IMG/VR virus record: IMGVR_UViG_3300030389_002895
Location: 1 to 56,993 of that record
Direction: 5' to 3' (one strand)
Source: a virus
Lineage: Duplodnaviria > Caudoviricetes
DNA: 56,993 nucleotides
Within the stretch, counting starts at the first letter, position 1. Each line of letters starts with the position of its first letter. A program made the translations under genes and the position numbers. Positions 27,440-36,450 of this stretch are shown here, in pieces. The notes beneath the pieces were generated by a model. That model saw only the letters and a program-made list of their open reading frames with translations. It did not search any database and was not told where the DNA came from.

Positions 27440-27626
27440 AATAATCTTTTACAGCTTGTTTTTGTTCAACTGGCATACCTTCTAACAAACAAACCCTAAT
27501 GTTCTCATCTCTTAACATCTGGTTCATCGCTTCAGTTTTGGTAATCTTCTTAGCCCTAAACTCTACCATAATTTCTTCTACTTTTTTTTCTGCTAACTCT
27601 GTGCAGTAATCAAATAATTTACTCAT
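27384..27626 (-). CDS. Hypothetical protein
   Basis: 80 aa ORF coupled to neighbours. Confidence 0.6.
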   Translation of the reverse strand: MSKLFDYCTELAEKKVEEIMVEFRAKKITKTEAMNQMLRDENIRVCLLEGMPVEQKQAVKDYFEEAQKEMDLIHGEGGNC

Positions 27627-27870
27627 AATATTCTTCTACCTTTCCTTTGTTTTTTGATTTCATAAAATCTTTACCGAATGCAGCTTCATTTATTTTTTGT
27701 ATTTGTTTTTTATATTGCACTATTTTATTTTCACACATTTCTATACAAATACCAGCTAAGCCAATCAAAGGACTTTGTTGAGCTTTCGCTATTAAATCCT
27801 CCTGTCTTTTTATTTTTTTTAATAGGCTATCTAATCTAGCTTTATTTATGTTAACAACATTACTCATCAT
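27619..27870 (-). CDS. Hypothetical protein
   Basis: 83 aa ORF with GGAG RBS. Confidence 0.6.
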   Translation of the reverse strand: MMSNVVNINKARLDSLLKKIKRQEDLIAKAQQSPLIGLAGICIEMCENKIVQYKKQIQKINEAAFGKDFMKSKNKGKVEEYYE

Positions 27871-27898
27871 GTTTCGTGCTCCGTTATGTTAATAAATT

Positions 27899-28058
27899 AA
27901 ATGGGTAGATACCAAACGTGGTCTTCTGAGAATTTATATACCTACCCACCTTTTTCCAAATAAATAAATAAATAAAAGTATGGAGACACTTTTATTTAAG
28001 TATGAATTACGCAAGGATAGGGCTTGAAAAATCAATAAAGAGCCCAAACGTAACCCAT
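27899..28058 (-). ncRNA. Candidate structured small RNA or regulatory leader with UCUCCA loop
   Basis: Promoter upstream; three stems, G-U pairs favour minus strand. Confidence 0.45.
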
Positions 28059-28064
28059 ATACTA

Positions 28065-28093
28065 TATATAAGTGATTTTATCGGATATGTCAA
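28065..28093 (-). promoter_or_regulatory. Sigma70-like promoter
   Basis: TTGACA-TATCCGATAAAATCACT(17)-TATATA. Confidence 0.7.
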
Positions 28094-28098
28094 TACCC

Positions 28099-29973
28099 TT
28101 ACATCGCTTCGCCAAAGTTTTTTCCTAACGCTATATCTACAACACTAGGCACATTTAGATCCATACAGTTCTCCATAGTATTCTTTATTTTTTCTATCTG
28201 GCTCTTATTTTCTACATTAAAACATAATTCATCATGTATCTGTAGTATTGGTTGTATGCCTAGCTCTTCTTTACAAGCAACGATTGCTGCTTTAGTTTGA
28301 TCGGCTGCACTACCCTGTATTAATCTATTTAATGCTTTGTAGGTATAACATCTTTTAATATTGTTTCTACCATACTTTGCTACTGCGTTATCAAATTTTT
28401 CTGGTGTGTATACTCCAAAGTCTTTCGGCTCCCACATATTAAATCTACACTTACGACCTTTCTTAGTTCGTATGACACCGGTCTCATTTGCTTTACGCAT
28501 ACAACGATCCGAGAGCTGCTTAACAAAAGGCACCTTATCATTGTATTTGTTTATCAATGCTATTGCCTCATCATACTCAAGACCTAACATGTTCGATAGT
28601 TTGTGTTTACCCATACCATACATCAGACCAAGTCCGATGGTCTTTGCTTCCTTACGACCAATACCACATATGTCAGCTACAGTTTGATGAAAGTCAGCAT
28701 CTGCATTTGCATAAGCTTCAACAAGTTCCTGGCTACCTTCGTACCCTTCACCGATACTACTAGCATAATGTACTACCAGTCTAGGCTCCTGTTGAGAGTA
28801 GTCAAAACTACCCCATTCACATTTTTCTTCTGGTAAAAATAACCCTCTTATCAGTGGACCAAAATCTTTGTTTCTAGCAGGTAGTTGTTGTAGGTTAGGG
28901 TTTGACATAGATAACCTGCCAGAAACAGTCCCACCATTGTCAGATCGTAGCTGATTAATCTCACCATAAATCCGACCATTGTGTTCGTATTTCATTATAC
29001 TAGATAAAAATGTATTATGAAACTTATTTATCTCTCTTGTTTGTACAATGAGTTTACTAAATTCATGTGTACTATTTGATAACCAGTTTTGTGTAAAGCT
29101 TGGCTCTTTTGACTTTTCTGTTCTAGGATACTCAACACCTAGTTTGTCATACGCCCAGGCTATTTGTCGAGCTGCCCATATGTCTATATCTTTACCAATC
29201 ATTTTGTTTATCTTATGTAATAAATCTTTTTCTTTTTTTATAAAGTTTTGTCGAAGTAGAGCTGCTTCTTGCACATCTACACGAACACCCTTCCATCTCA
29301 TATCAATAAGTATAGGTAATAAATCTCTTTCCATTTGCCATACTGTATCTAAACTTTCTTTATTTATTACATGTTTGAAGTGCTGCCATAAAAGATACGT
29401 GAGCCGTGCATCTTGCTCAGCGTAATGTCCAACATGTTCAGCTGGCAACTTCCACATCTCAGCCTTCGGATCTACACCAAACATTTTAGCTGCCTCATTT
29501 AAATCTGTTTCTGCTTTTATCTCACCAAGATAATCTTTTGCTAAACTGTTTAACCTGTAAGAGTACCTGTTCTCATCAATCAATGCTCCAGCAATCATGG
29601 TATCGACAATCTCCCCTTTGACCTCAATACCATGAGCTCGAAGCCATCCCACATCGTAGGGTGCGTTGTGAAATATCTTACGACAAGGCAGCGCACATAT
29701 CTTTTTCATATAATTAATTACTTGTTCTTTAATTAAATTACCACCTCCATAATGATCCATAGGATAGTAACCCTGCCAACCATCAGTAGCTACAGCAAAA
29801 CCAACTATCTTACCTTTGTTTAAAGCCCAGCCAGCCCCTAATCCTTCATTAATACCATCATCTCTAGTTTCTAAATCTATTGCGATCTCTTTTGCATAGG
29901 TCAAATCCTTATATTCTACTGGTGCAGACCATATATTCTTCTTATAATTAAAAACTAACTGTAAATTAGCCAT
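28099..29973 (-). CDS. polA: Family A DNA polymerase with 3'-5' exonuclease domain
   Basis: IDLET and FHNA.YD exo motifs; SGRLS..NPNLQQ, DYSQQE.R (A), R..AKT..LG..YG (B), QIHDEL (C). Confidence 0.96.
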   Translation of the reverse strand: MANLQLVFNYKKNIWSAPVEYKDLTYAKEIAIDLETRDDGINEGLGAGWALNKGKIVGFAVATDGWQGYYPMDHYGGGNLIKEQVINYMKKICALPCRKIFHNAPYDVGWLRAHGIEVKGEIVDTMIAGALIDENRYSYRLNSLAKDYLGEIKAETDLNEAAKMFGVDPKAEMWKLPAEHVGHYAEQDARLTYLLWQHFKHVINKESLDTVWQMERDLLPILIDMRWKGVRVDVQEAALLRQNFIKKEKDLLHKINKMIGKDIDIWAARQIAWAYDKLGVEYPRTEKSKEPSFTQNWLSNSTHEFSKLIVQTREINKFHNTFLSSIMKYEHNGRIYGEINQLRSDNGGTVSGRLSMSNPNLQQLPARNKDFGPLIRGLFLPEEKCEWGSFDYSQQEPRLVVHYASSIGEGYEGSQELVEAYANADADFHQTVADICGIGRKEAKTIGLGLMYGMGKHKLSNMLGLEYDEAIALINKYNDKVPFVKQLSDRCMRKANETGVIRTKKGRKCRFNMWEPKDFGVYTPEKFDNAVAKYGRNNIKRCYTYKALNRLIQGSAADQTKAAIVACKEELGIQPILQIHDELCFNVENKSQIEKIKNTMENCMDLNVPSVVDIALGKNFGEAM

Positions 29974-30076
29974 GAAACCCCCTGTGAGCTTGTGTTTGAA
30001 AGTAAAACCCGTTTAAATGACCGCTGAGTGCCTCTAAAAATGTTTTGCTTATGATTCTACCTTGGTTTTTAGCCAT
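29966..30076 (-). CDS. Possible 36-aa peptide (MAKNQGRIISKTF...)
   Basis: Fills the gap with 8-bp ATGGCTAA overlaps at both ends. Confidence 0.4.
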   Translation of the reverse strand: MAKNQGRIISKTFLEALSGHLNGFYFQTQAHRGFHG

Positions 30077-30281
30077 AATCTCTCTCTAATATCATTTCTA
30101 AGTAATGTATTGCTTTTTTAATATCATCAGCTTTACCTTTACTTTGATGACGACACACATACTTAATTACATTACCTTCTGCAAATAATAACTTATTGTC
30201 ATTTATAAATTGTGAAGGTTGTATCTTAAAATCCTGGTAGTGACTTCCGCCTTTTTGCCACAAGTCTTTTTTCTCTTTCAT
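30069..30281 (-). CDS. DUF3310 / T7 gp1.7-like putative nucleotide kinase domain
   Basis: GG.HY....IQP..FI......FAEGNVIKY..RH..KG..DD.KKA.HY. Confidence 0.85.
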   Translation of the reverse strand: MKEKKDLWQKGGSHYQDFKIQPSQFINDNKLLFAEGNVIKYVCRHQSKGKADDIKKAIHYLEMILERDYG

Positions 30282-30399
30282 GTTCCTCCTTAGTTTTCAA
30301 TACAAAACCATCTCTAATTAAATCAAACAATTTATTTTCTACTTCTGATTTAGTAGGTCTAGTTTTAAATTCTAATGTTATGTTAATTTTATAACTCAT
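30226..30399 (-). CDS. Hypothetical protein
   Basis: Probable start MSYKINI at 30399. Confidence 0.55.
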   Translation of the reverse strand: MSYKINITLEFKTRPTKSEVENKLFDLIRDGFVLKTKEEHEREKRLVAKRRKSLPGF

Positions 30400-30464
30400 A
30401 TTACACCAGCATTTTGTAAACCTATTATAGTGCTGATTATTGTATATATCCAAATTATCTCCAT
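30396..30464 (-). CDS. Possible 22-aa hydrophobic peptide (MEIIWIYTIISTIIGLQNAGVI)
   Basis: TAATG and ATGA couplings on both sides. Confidence 0.45.
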   Translation of the reverse strand: MEIIWIYTIISTIIGLQNAGVI

Positions 30465-32098
30465 TATTTTTTCTCCCTTAAGTAAATTAAATAATCTTCA
30501 CCTATCGGATAATTATATCTATAATTACTAGATAGTATATGTAAAGTGTCTCTGGCTCTCGTGGCTCCTGTGTAATATACTCTCTTCTCATCACTCTTAT
30601 CACCTGCATCTTTTTTATTTACGTATGATGCAGGCCAATTTGTTTTACTATACAAAACTACATTGTTAGCTTCACCACCTTTAACACTATGTATCGTATC
30701 AATAATTATCTGTGGCTCATCATCTAAACTCTTTTGTCCATAGCGCTGCAATAATCTTATAAAATATTCTGTTTGACTGGGAGTAAAGTTTCTTTGTAGT
30801 ATTTGCCACCAAGGTTTCGTTGCAGCCTCATCATTTAAATTTAATCCACACCAATCACACAAAGCATCAAAGTCATACTTTTGTGTGTCAGGTAAATCAA
30901 TCCAAAAACTTAATCTTCTATAACTATGATCTTTTATTTCTCTTATGTATCGCATCATCACTTCAGCATCTTGTTTACTGATCTCCTTACCTTTTGATAT
31001 TGCAGTCCAAGCTTTGATAGCTCTCCATTGTTTGACATCAAAAGATTTATTACCTCGATTATCAGCAAAATATAAGCCAGCCTCTTTTGCACTTAGTCGT
31101 AATTCATTTACAGTAGTGTTTACTCTACCTAATATGTACCAAGTTCCGGGCAGCTCGCCTATTGGTATTTCTGCGAAATTTAAATATCTTTTTACATAGC
31201 CATCTTTTTCTAAATGTTCATAATCTTTTTCAATGCTATCTAATATACCTCTTCTAATGATCTGGCTAAAATGATGTATCGCTTCACCAAACCTTCTTGT
31301 TTGTCTAAGTATTACTTTACGCCCTGGAAAATATGTTGTGAAATATTTAGGATCACTACCATTAAATTTATATATACCTTGGTCATCATCACCGGCAAGA
31401 TACACTCGTCTAGCATTTTGTGCTAACTTATACAGCACACTCCATTGTAATGGTGTGAAGTCTTGAGCTTCATCTAATATTAATACCTCTAATTGTGGAA
31501 AGTCTACCTCATCAATAGTGCGTTCTATCATATCAGTGAAATCTATAAAGCTGTCTTTTTTGTAATGATTGTAAGTATCTATCTTTCTGAGATAAATATC
31601 TAGGCTATCCATTTTGTGCTGCTCTTTTTTATATACTTCTACAGGATCCATCATCATGTTCCGTGACTTGTCATACACACCTAGTGACCAATCTTTATAT
31701 GTAAAATTGTCATCAGATAATCTTTTGTCAGATGTTTTAATTATGCTAGCTTGTAATGCGTAATCTAACATACAAGCTTTAGGATCAAAAACTTCTTCCT
31801 CAAAATATCTTCTACAAAATTTATGTAATGTTTTAAATCTTGCAAAGTCATCTGTGTCATATTGTGGAAAAGCTTTTAATGCTCTATCTACTGCTGTGTT
31901 AACTGCTTTGTTTGTAAAAGAAACAAATGCAATATCTATAGGTTTTACACCTCTAGCCAAATGACCTTTTAAAACTCTTTCTACTAGAGTGTGTGTTTTA
32001 CCAGTACCAGGTGGACCAAATATTTTAATGGTCTTTTGATACAGAGCTCTGTGTCTTTGAAGCTCGGAACTTTTTGTGGTAGTCATCATCCATCTCAC
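30464..32098 (-). CDS. UvrD/REP (SF1) helicase
   Basis: GPPGTGKT, SFTNKA, DEAQD, GDDDQ.IY, TIHSVKGGE and YTG.TRA motifs; start uncertain. Confidence 0.92.
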   Translation of the reverse strand: MRWMMTTTKSSELQRHRALYQKTIKIFGPPGTGKTHTLVERVLKGHLARGVKPIDIAFVSFTNKAVNTAVDRALKAFPQYDTDDFARFKTLHKFCRRYFEEEVFDPKACMLDYALQASIIKTSDKRLSDDNFTYKDWSLGVYDKSRNMMMDPVEVYKKEQHKMDSLDIYLRKIDTYNHYKKDSFIDFTDMIERTIDEVDFPQLEVLILDEAQDFTPLQWSVLYKLAQNARRVYLAGDDDQGIYKFNGSDPKYFTTYFPGRKVILRQTRRFGEAIHHFSQIIRRGILDSIEKDYEHLEKDGYVKRYLNFAEIPIGELPGTWYILGRVNTTVNELRLSAKEAGLYFADNRGNKSFDVKQWRAIKAWTAISKGKEISKQDAEVMMRYIREIKDHSYRRLSFWIDLPDTQKYDFDALCDWCGLNLNDEAATKPWWQILQRNFTPSQTEYFIRLLQRYGQKSLDDEPQIIIDTIHSVKGGEANNVVLYSKTNWPASYVNKKDAGDKSDEKRVYYTGATRARDTLHILSSNYRYNYPIGEDYLIYLREKK

Positions 32099-33605
32099 TT
32101 ACATCATCTTTAGGTTTTTGTTTTACTGTTTTATGTTTTACGAACTCAGGCATCTCGACAGTCCATATATTCTTTTCTCCTTCGTGATAATCTATCTTTT
32201 TACAATTCAACATACGCAAAGCTATCATTGGATTAGCAAAACTTCTTGTACCACTTTTTTGTAAAAAGTTAGCCAACGTAATCTTTTTAAAATAACATAT
32301 ATTAGTGTTACTATCCAAGACAACGTAACCATCCTTAAGTTTTTCAAACCTATCTTGTTCTATATGACTTTCAAAAAACTTCTTTAGTATTTCATAACGT
32401 TCCTCTTCTACACTATCTGCATATCTATGATCTTGACTTTCTACTGATTTTTCTACAATAGCTTTCATTAACATTTCAAATTGACTTGGACCTTTTCTTG
32501 GTTTTGGTAATGTCAGCCAGTACACTCTATATCGTAATAATTTCACTCTCCAACTTTTCTCATCTTTCATATCATCAGGGGTAACTGTTATGTGTTGACC
32601 TTCGTAATCAAATTCAAACCATACACTTTTTGTGTCCTGAACATAGGTGATGTTTGTAAACTTATCTATGATACCAGGTGTCTCCTCACCTCTACCCAAC
32701 TTCCTAGTCTTACATAATTCATAATTACATATTGGTTGATACTCATTATGCTTCGGTGGACACTGATAACCATATCCTTCTTTGTGAATACCTTTTGTCA
32801 TCTGTGCTACTTCTGTGTGAGGTAAAGGATTGGTAAATATTTTTTTATTTCTTTCCTGCATTATCTTTTCAAGTTCTACATAATTTATACCAACTCTTTT
32901 TTTCATTTCTAATACGGCAACATTATATAAAAACTGATGTCTCATTTTACCTGCCCAACCATCTTGCACTAACTTTTGTACACAAGGTGGATAGTGTTTC
33001 CAATCTCTTTCAACATCATTATCTTGTAATTGAAAATTTAAAAATTCTTTTGGTGCTATAGCTTTTGACTTTACTATTTCTAAAAACTGACCTACCAATA
33101 CTGGTGTGCCTTGATTATTGTATGCAAACTCCATTGTGCTGTTCATATTGAAGTAAGGCATATTTATAGTTTTATTACACGGAAATACTTCATTACTTAA
33201 AAAATACATCTCGTTAAATTCTTGTAACTTTTTTCTCATTACATCTGCTTTTACAAACCCTTTTAAAAATACAAAAAAGTGTAAGCCACCTGATTTTGAT
33301 AAGACAGGTACAAAGGGTAAATTAAATTTTTGTACTACTTGTATATATTTTTGTGCTGAATAATTTTCATAATCTGTAGGGTCTAGATCAATACAACCCC
33401 AAGAACATTCGTCTTCTACTTCTGGTTTTATACCTATTCCATATTTACCATCTAAATGGTCTTTCCATATCTTTGGTGTTACTGGCTCGTGTATCGTGAC
33501 ATATTTTGCTTGTTTCTTACCATTTGTATCACTCTCCCCCGTAAGGGAGAGCTTTACAAATGACTTCTCACCTGTCACAAAAAGCTTGTACAGTTCTTTG
33601 TGCAT
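32025..33605 (-). CDS. Primase (AEP/primase-polymerase-like)
   Basis: W.DHL.G..GIG, WGCIDLD and SKSGGLH motifs; Cys-containing region after PPC. Confidence 0.75.
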   Translation of the reverse strand: MHKELYKLFVTGEKSFVKLSLTGESDTNGKKQAKYVTIHEPVTPKIWKDHLDGKYGIGIKPEVEDECSWGCIDLDPTDYENYSAQKYIQVVQKFNLPFVPVLSKSGGLHFFVFLKGFVKADVMRKKLQEFNEMYFLSNEVFPCNKTINMPYFNMNSTMEFAYNNQGTPVLVGQFLEIVKSKAIAPKEFLNFQLQDNDVERDWKHYPPCVQKLVQDGWAGKMRHQFLYNVAVLEMKKRVGINYVELEKIMQERNKKIFTNPLPHTEVAQMTKGIHKEGYGYQCPPKHNEYQPICNYELCKTRKLGRGEETPGIIDKFTNITYVQDTKSVWFEFDYEGQHITVTPDDMKDEKSWRVKLLRYRVYWLTLPKPRKGPSQFEMLMKAIVEKSVESQDHRYADSVEEERYEILKKFFESHIEQDRFEKLKDGYVVLDSNTNICYFKKITLANFLQKSGTRSFANPMIALRMLNCKKIDYHEGEKNIWTVEMPEFVKHKTVKQKPKDDVSEMDDDYHKKFRASKTQSSVSKDH

Positions 33606-33607
33606 GA

Positions 33608-34390
33608 CTAGAACGGAACTTTGTCTGTACTTTTCTTAGTTGGTTCCCCTTGCTCATCTTCAGATTCAAAATACATATTAAAATCTTTTGCAAAATGAGC
33701 AAATTCTCTTGATTGAGCTAAAGTATGAACATTTTTGTTATCGTCAAGATAATCCTCAAACTTTATCTGCCAACCAAAGTATTTATATTTACCTGATTCT
33801 TGTCTAGTGACACTCATACGATAAATACATTTATACATAGGTGGTGTAAGTGGTTTACCATCGACTAACAAACTATTACTTTTTAATTTTTGTAACCATT
33901 CATTACTTTTCTTTTTCTGCGTTGATTTCATAGTAACCATACCTTGATCAATAACATTTCTATCTTTGTCTAATATTAAGATAAACCAGTTACCTGTATC
34001 TTCTACATAGTTACCATTTGGTAAAATATCCTTATTACCATTTCTTGTAAGTCCTAATGGTTTTTCTTTATGAACTGCTACAGGTCTATTGTTACCCTCA
34101 TCCATTTCTTTCCACTCATTAAAACTTCTTTTGTACATACAAGGAACTGCATAAAAACCTTGCTTTCCATCATATGCTTTTTCACTTGTTTGATTAAACA
34201 CACAACCTTCAGCAACATCTGTACCTGATACAGTTTTGTCTACACCATCTGGCATATTGCTTGAGTATAATATTTTAATCAAAGGGAGTTTAAATTCATC
34301 TTGTGCTGCATCCTCTAAACCCATACCTGCATCTTCTGTCCAATCTACTTTTGCTGGAACTTTATCTTCCTTTACCGCTACTTTATTCAT
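33608..34390 (-). CDS. Putative ssDNA-binding/annealing protein
   Basis: MKSTQ.KKS..W motif, acidic tail ending VPF; in replication module. Confidence 0.6.
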   Translation of the reverse strand: MNKVAVKEDKVPAKVDWTEDAGMGLEDAAQDEFKLPLIKILYSSNMPDGVDKTVSGTDVAEGCVFNQTSEKAYDGKQGFYAVPCMYKRSFNEWKEMDEGNNRPVAVHKEKPLGLTRNGNKDILPNGNYVEDTGNWFILILDKDRNVIDQGMVTMKSTQKKKSNEWLQKLKSNSLLVDGKPLTPPMYKCIYRMSVTRQESGKYKYFGWQIKFEDYLDDNKNVHTLAQSREFAHFAKDFNMYFESEDEQGEPTKKSTDKVPF

Positions 34391-34973
34391 CGTTTTTTCC
34401 TTTCTCAATTTTTGTTTCGGTTTTCAAAAATACTTTAAATAAATCATCTTCAAATGGTAAGTTCTTTTCTTTCACTGCTCTTATGTGTGCGTTCAAAGAA
34501 TTTGCATTTACGGATTCATTTAAAGTTGGAGTGAGTCCTCTCTCTTCTAGCTCAGCTTTCAAAGCTTTCGCTTCATTGTCTTGACCTTTGCTAAAAGGAA
34601 CAGATAACTCGTTCTTCACTAAAGACCTATGACCCTCATCATTACTTAAATACTGTAAGCATTTTTCTCTTCGGTCGGCTAGTTCTTTATCTTTAAGACA
34701 AGCTTTTATAGTAGGTATGTAACCAGTATAAAAACTTTTTATCTTAATCTTATCACCCTTATCAGTAACAAATTCCTGCATACCAATATCTTTCATTTTG
34801 GTAGGAATGTCTACTTCTGATAATTGTCTTTGAGTTGCTTTCAGAGCCGCAAGAGCTGACATTAAATCTTCGATAGCCTTTTCATTCTTCAGCATATCTT
34901 CAACTAATTGACTTAACTCTTTTAGTTGGTCGTCTCCAAAATTCATTTCGATCTTTACTTCTTCTTGATTCAT
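34383..34973 (-). CDS. Conserved replication-module protein
   Basis: LSE..IP..M...G, VKNE..V.F.KGQD and V....L.A motifs; start corrected. Confidence 0.7.
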   Translation of the reverse strand: MNQEEVKIEMNFGDDQLKELSQLVEDMLKNEKAIEDLMSALAALKATQRQLSEVDIPTKMKDIGMQEFVTDKGDKIKIKSFYTGYIPTIKACLKDKELADRREKCLQYLSNDEGHRSLVKNELSVPFSKGQDNEAKALKAELEERGLTPTLNESVNANSLNAHIRAVKEKNLPFEDDLFKVFLKTETKIEKGKNDE

Positions 34974-35001
34974 GTTTTCCTCCATTAAAAATAACAAGTT
35001 A

Positions 35002-35040
35002 TATTATTTACTTGTATTGTCAACAAAAAAATCCTATATT
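35002..35040. promoter_or_regulatory. Divergent promoter region
   Basis: Plus strand TTGTAT-17-TATATT just before SNF2 ATG; minus strand TTGACA toward replication operon. Confidence 0.5.
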
Positions 35041-35046
35041 TCTAAT

Positions 35047-36450
35047 ATGTCACATATATACAAGAGAAAACCTTTAGAACATCAACGAGAAGCGTTAAAT
35101 AAAAGCTTTGATAAAAAGTATTTTTTATACCTTATGGGTATGGGTACAGGTAAAACAAAAGTGGCTATTGACAATGCAGTATTTTTATTTAACCAGGGCG
35201 AAATAGATACTGTATTCATAGTTGTACCTAATAGCATTACACATAACTGGCTAAAAGAAATAGATGTAGATAGTTCTGCAAAAGGTTTTAAATATTTATT
35301 TCGTAGAGACACTTTTGATTATCATTTGAAGGATCATATAAATTGGTATGTAATGAATGTTGAAGCTTTATCTCACGCTAGTGGAGTTAAAGTAGCAAAA
35401 AAATTAATTGATAAACATGGTGATAGAATGTACATGGTTGTGGATGAATGCACTACCATAAAAAATCACAAAGCTAAAAGAACAAAAAATATAATTAAGA
35501 TTGCAAAAAATGTAAAATACAAAAGAGGAATGACAGGATCACCTACAGCAAAAAGTCCTCTTGATTTATATAGTCAATGTGAATTTTTAAAAGATGGTTT
35601 ATTAGGTTTTAGTTCTTACTATTCTTTTCAAGCTCGATATGCAAAACTAAGACCTCTTACTCGAGAAGGATTTAGACAAGCTATGATACCATATGATTAC
35701 CAAAACTTAGCTGAGTTGTTTAATAAAGTAAAACCTTTTTCATATAGAAAGATAAAAGAGGAGTGTTTAGATTTACCACCAAAGATACACACGAGAAGAG
35801 AACTAAGTATGTCAACACAACAACTTGAAATTTATAACCAACTTAAAAAATATGCCAGAGCTGTTTTGTTAGATAAAAAAACTAGCTATACAAATAAACT
35901 AACAGAGATATTAAGATTACATCAAGTGACCTGTGGTTTTTTTAAATCTGATACTGGTGAGATACAAGAATTAAATAATCCAAAATTAAAAGAGCTTATA
36001 AATATTTTAGAAGAGATGGATGGTAAAGTAATTATTTGGGCTAACTACATTTATAATATAGAACAGATAATTAAAACACTTAAAGATAAGTTTCCTTATG
36101 ATAGAACAGTTAGTGTATATGGTGCGGTAAGTGTAACTGATAGAGATAAAGCAGTTGAGAACTTTCAAAAAGATCCTTACACAAAATTTTTAGTAGGTAA
36201 TCCTGCAACAGGAGGGTATGGTTTAAATCTTACAGAGGCTGATACAGTCATATATTATAGTAACAGTTATGACTTAACTGTAAGAGAACAGTCAGAAGAC
36301 AGAGCCCACAGAAAAGGTCAGACAAAAAGTGTAACTTATATTGATTTAGTTATGACAGGAACTATAGATGAGTTTATATTAAAAGCACTCAATGATAAAA
36401 AAAGAATGTCAGCTCAAGTTTTAGGAGAAGAGGTACTTAACTTTTTATAA
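35047..36450 (+). CDS. SNF2-family (SF2) helicase
   Basis: HQ, MGTGKT, VDEC, TGSP, GGYGLNLT and QSEDRAHRKGQ motifs; likely start ATG 35047. Confidence 0.92.
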   Translation: MSHIYKRKPLEHQREALNKSFDKKYFLYLMGMGTGKTKVAIDNAVFLFNQGEIDTVFIVVPNSITHNWLKEIDVDSSAKGFKYLFRRDTFDYHLKDHINWYVMNVEALSHASGVKVAKKLIDKHGDRMYMVVDECTTIKNHKAKRTKNIIKIAKNVKYKRGMTGSPTAKSPLDLYSQCEFLKDGLLGFSSYYSFQARYAKLRPLTREGFRQAMIPYDYQNLAELFNKVKPFSYRKIKEECLDLPPKIHTRRELSMSTQQLEIYNQLKKYARAVLLDKKTSYTNKLTEILRLHQVTCGFFKSDTGEIQELNNPKLKELINILEEMDGKVIIWANYIYNIEQIIKTLKDKFPYDRTVSVYGAVSVTDRDKAVENFQKDPYTKFLVGNPATGGYGLNLTEADTVIYYSNSYDLTVREQSEDRAHRKGQTKSVTYIDLVMTGTIDEFILKALNDKKRMSAQVLGEEVLNFL

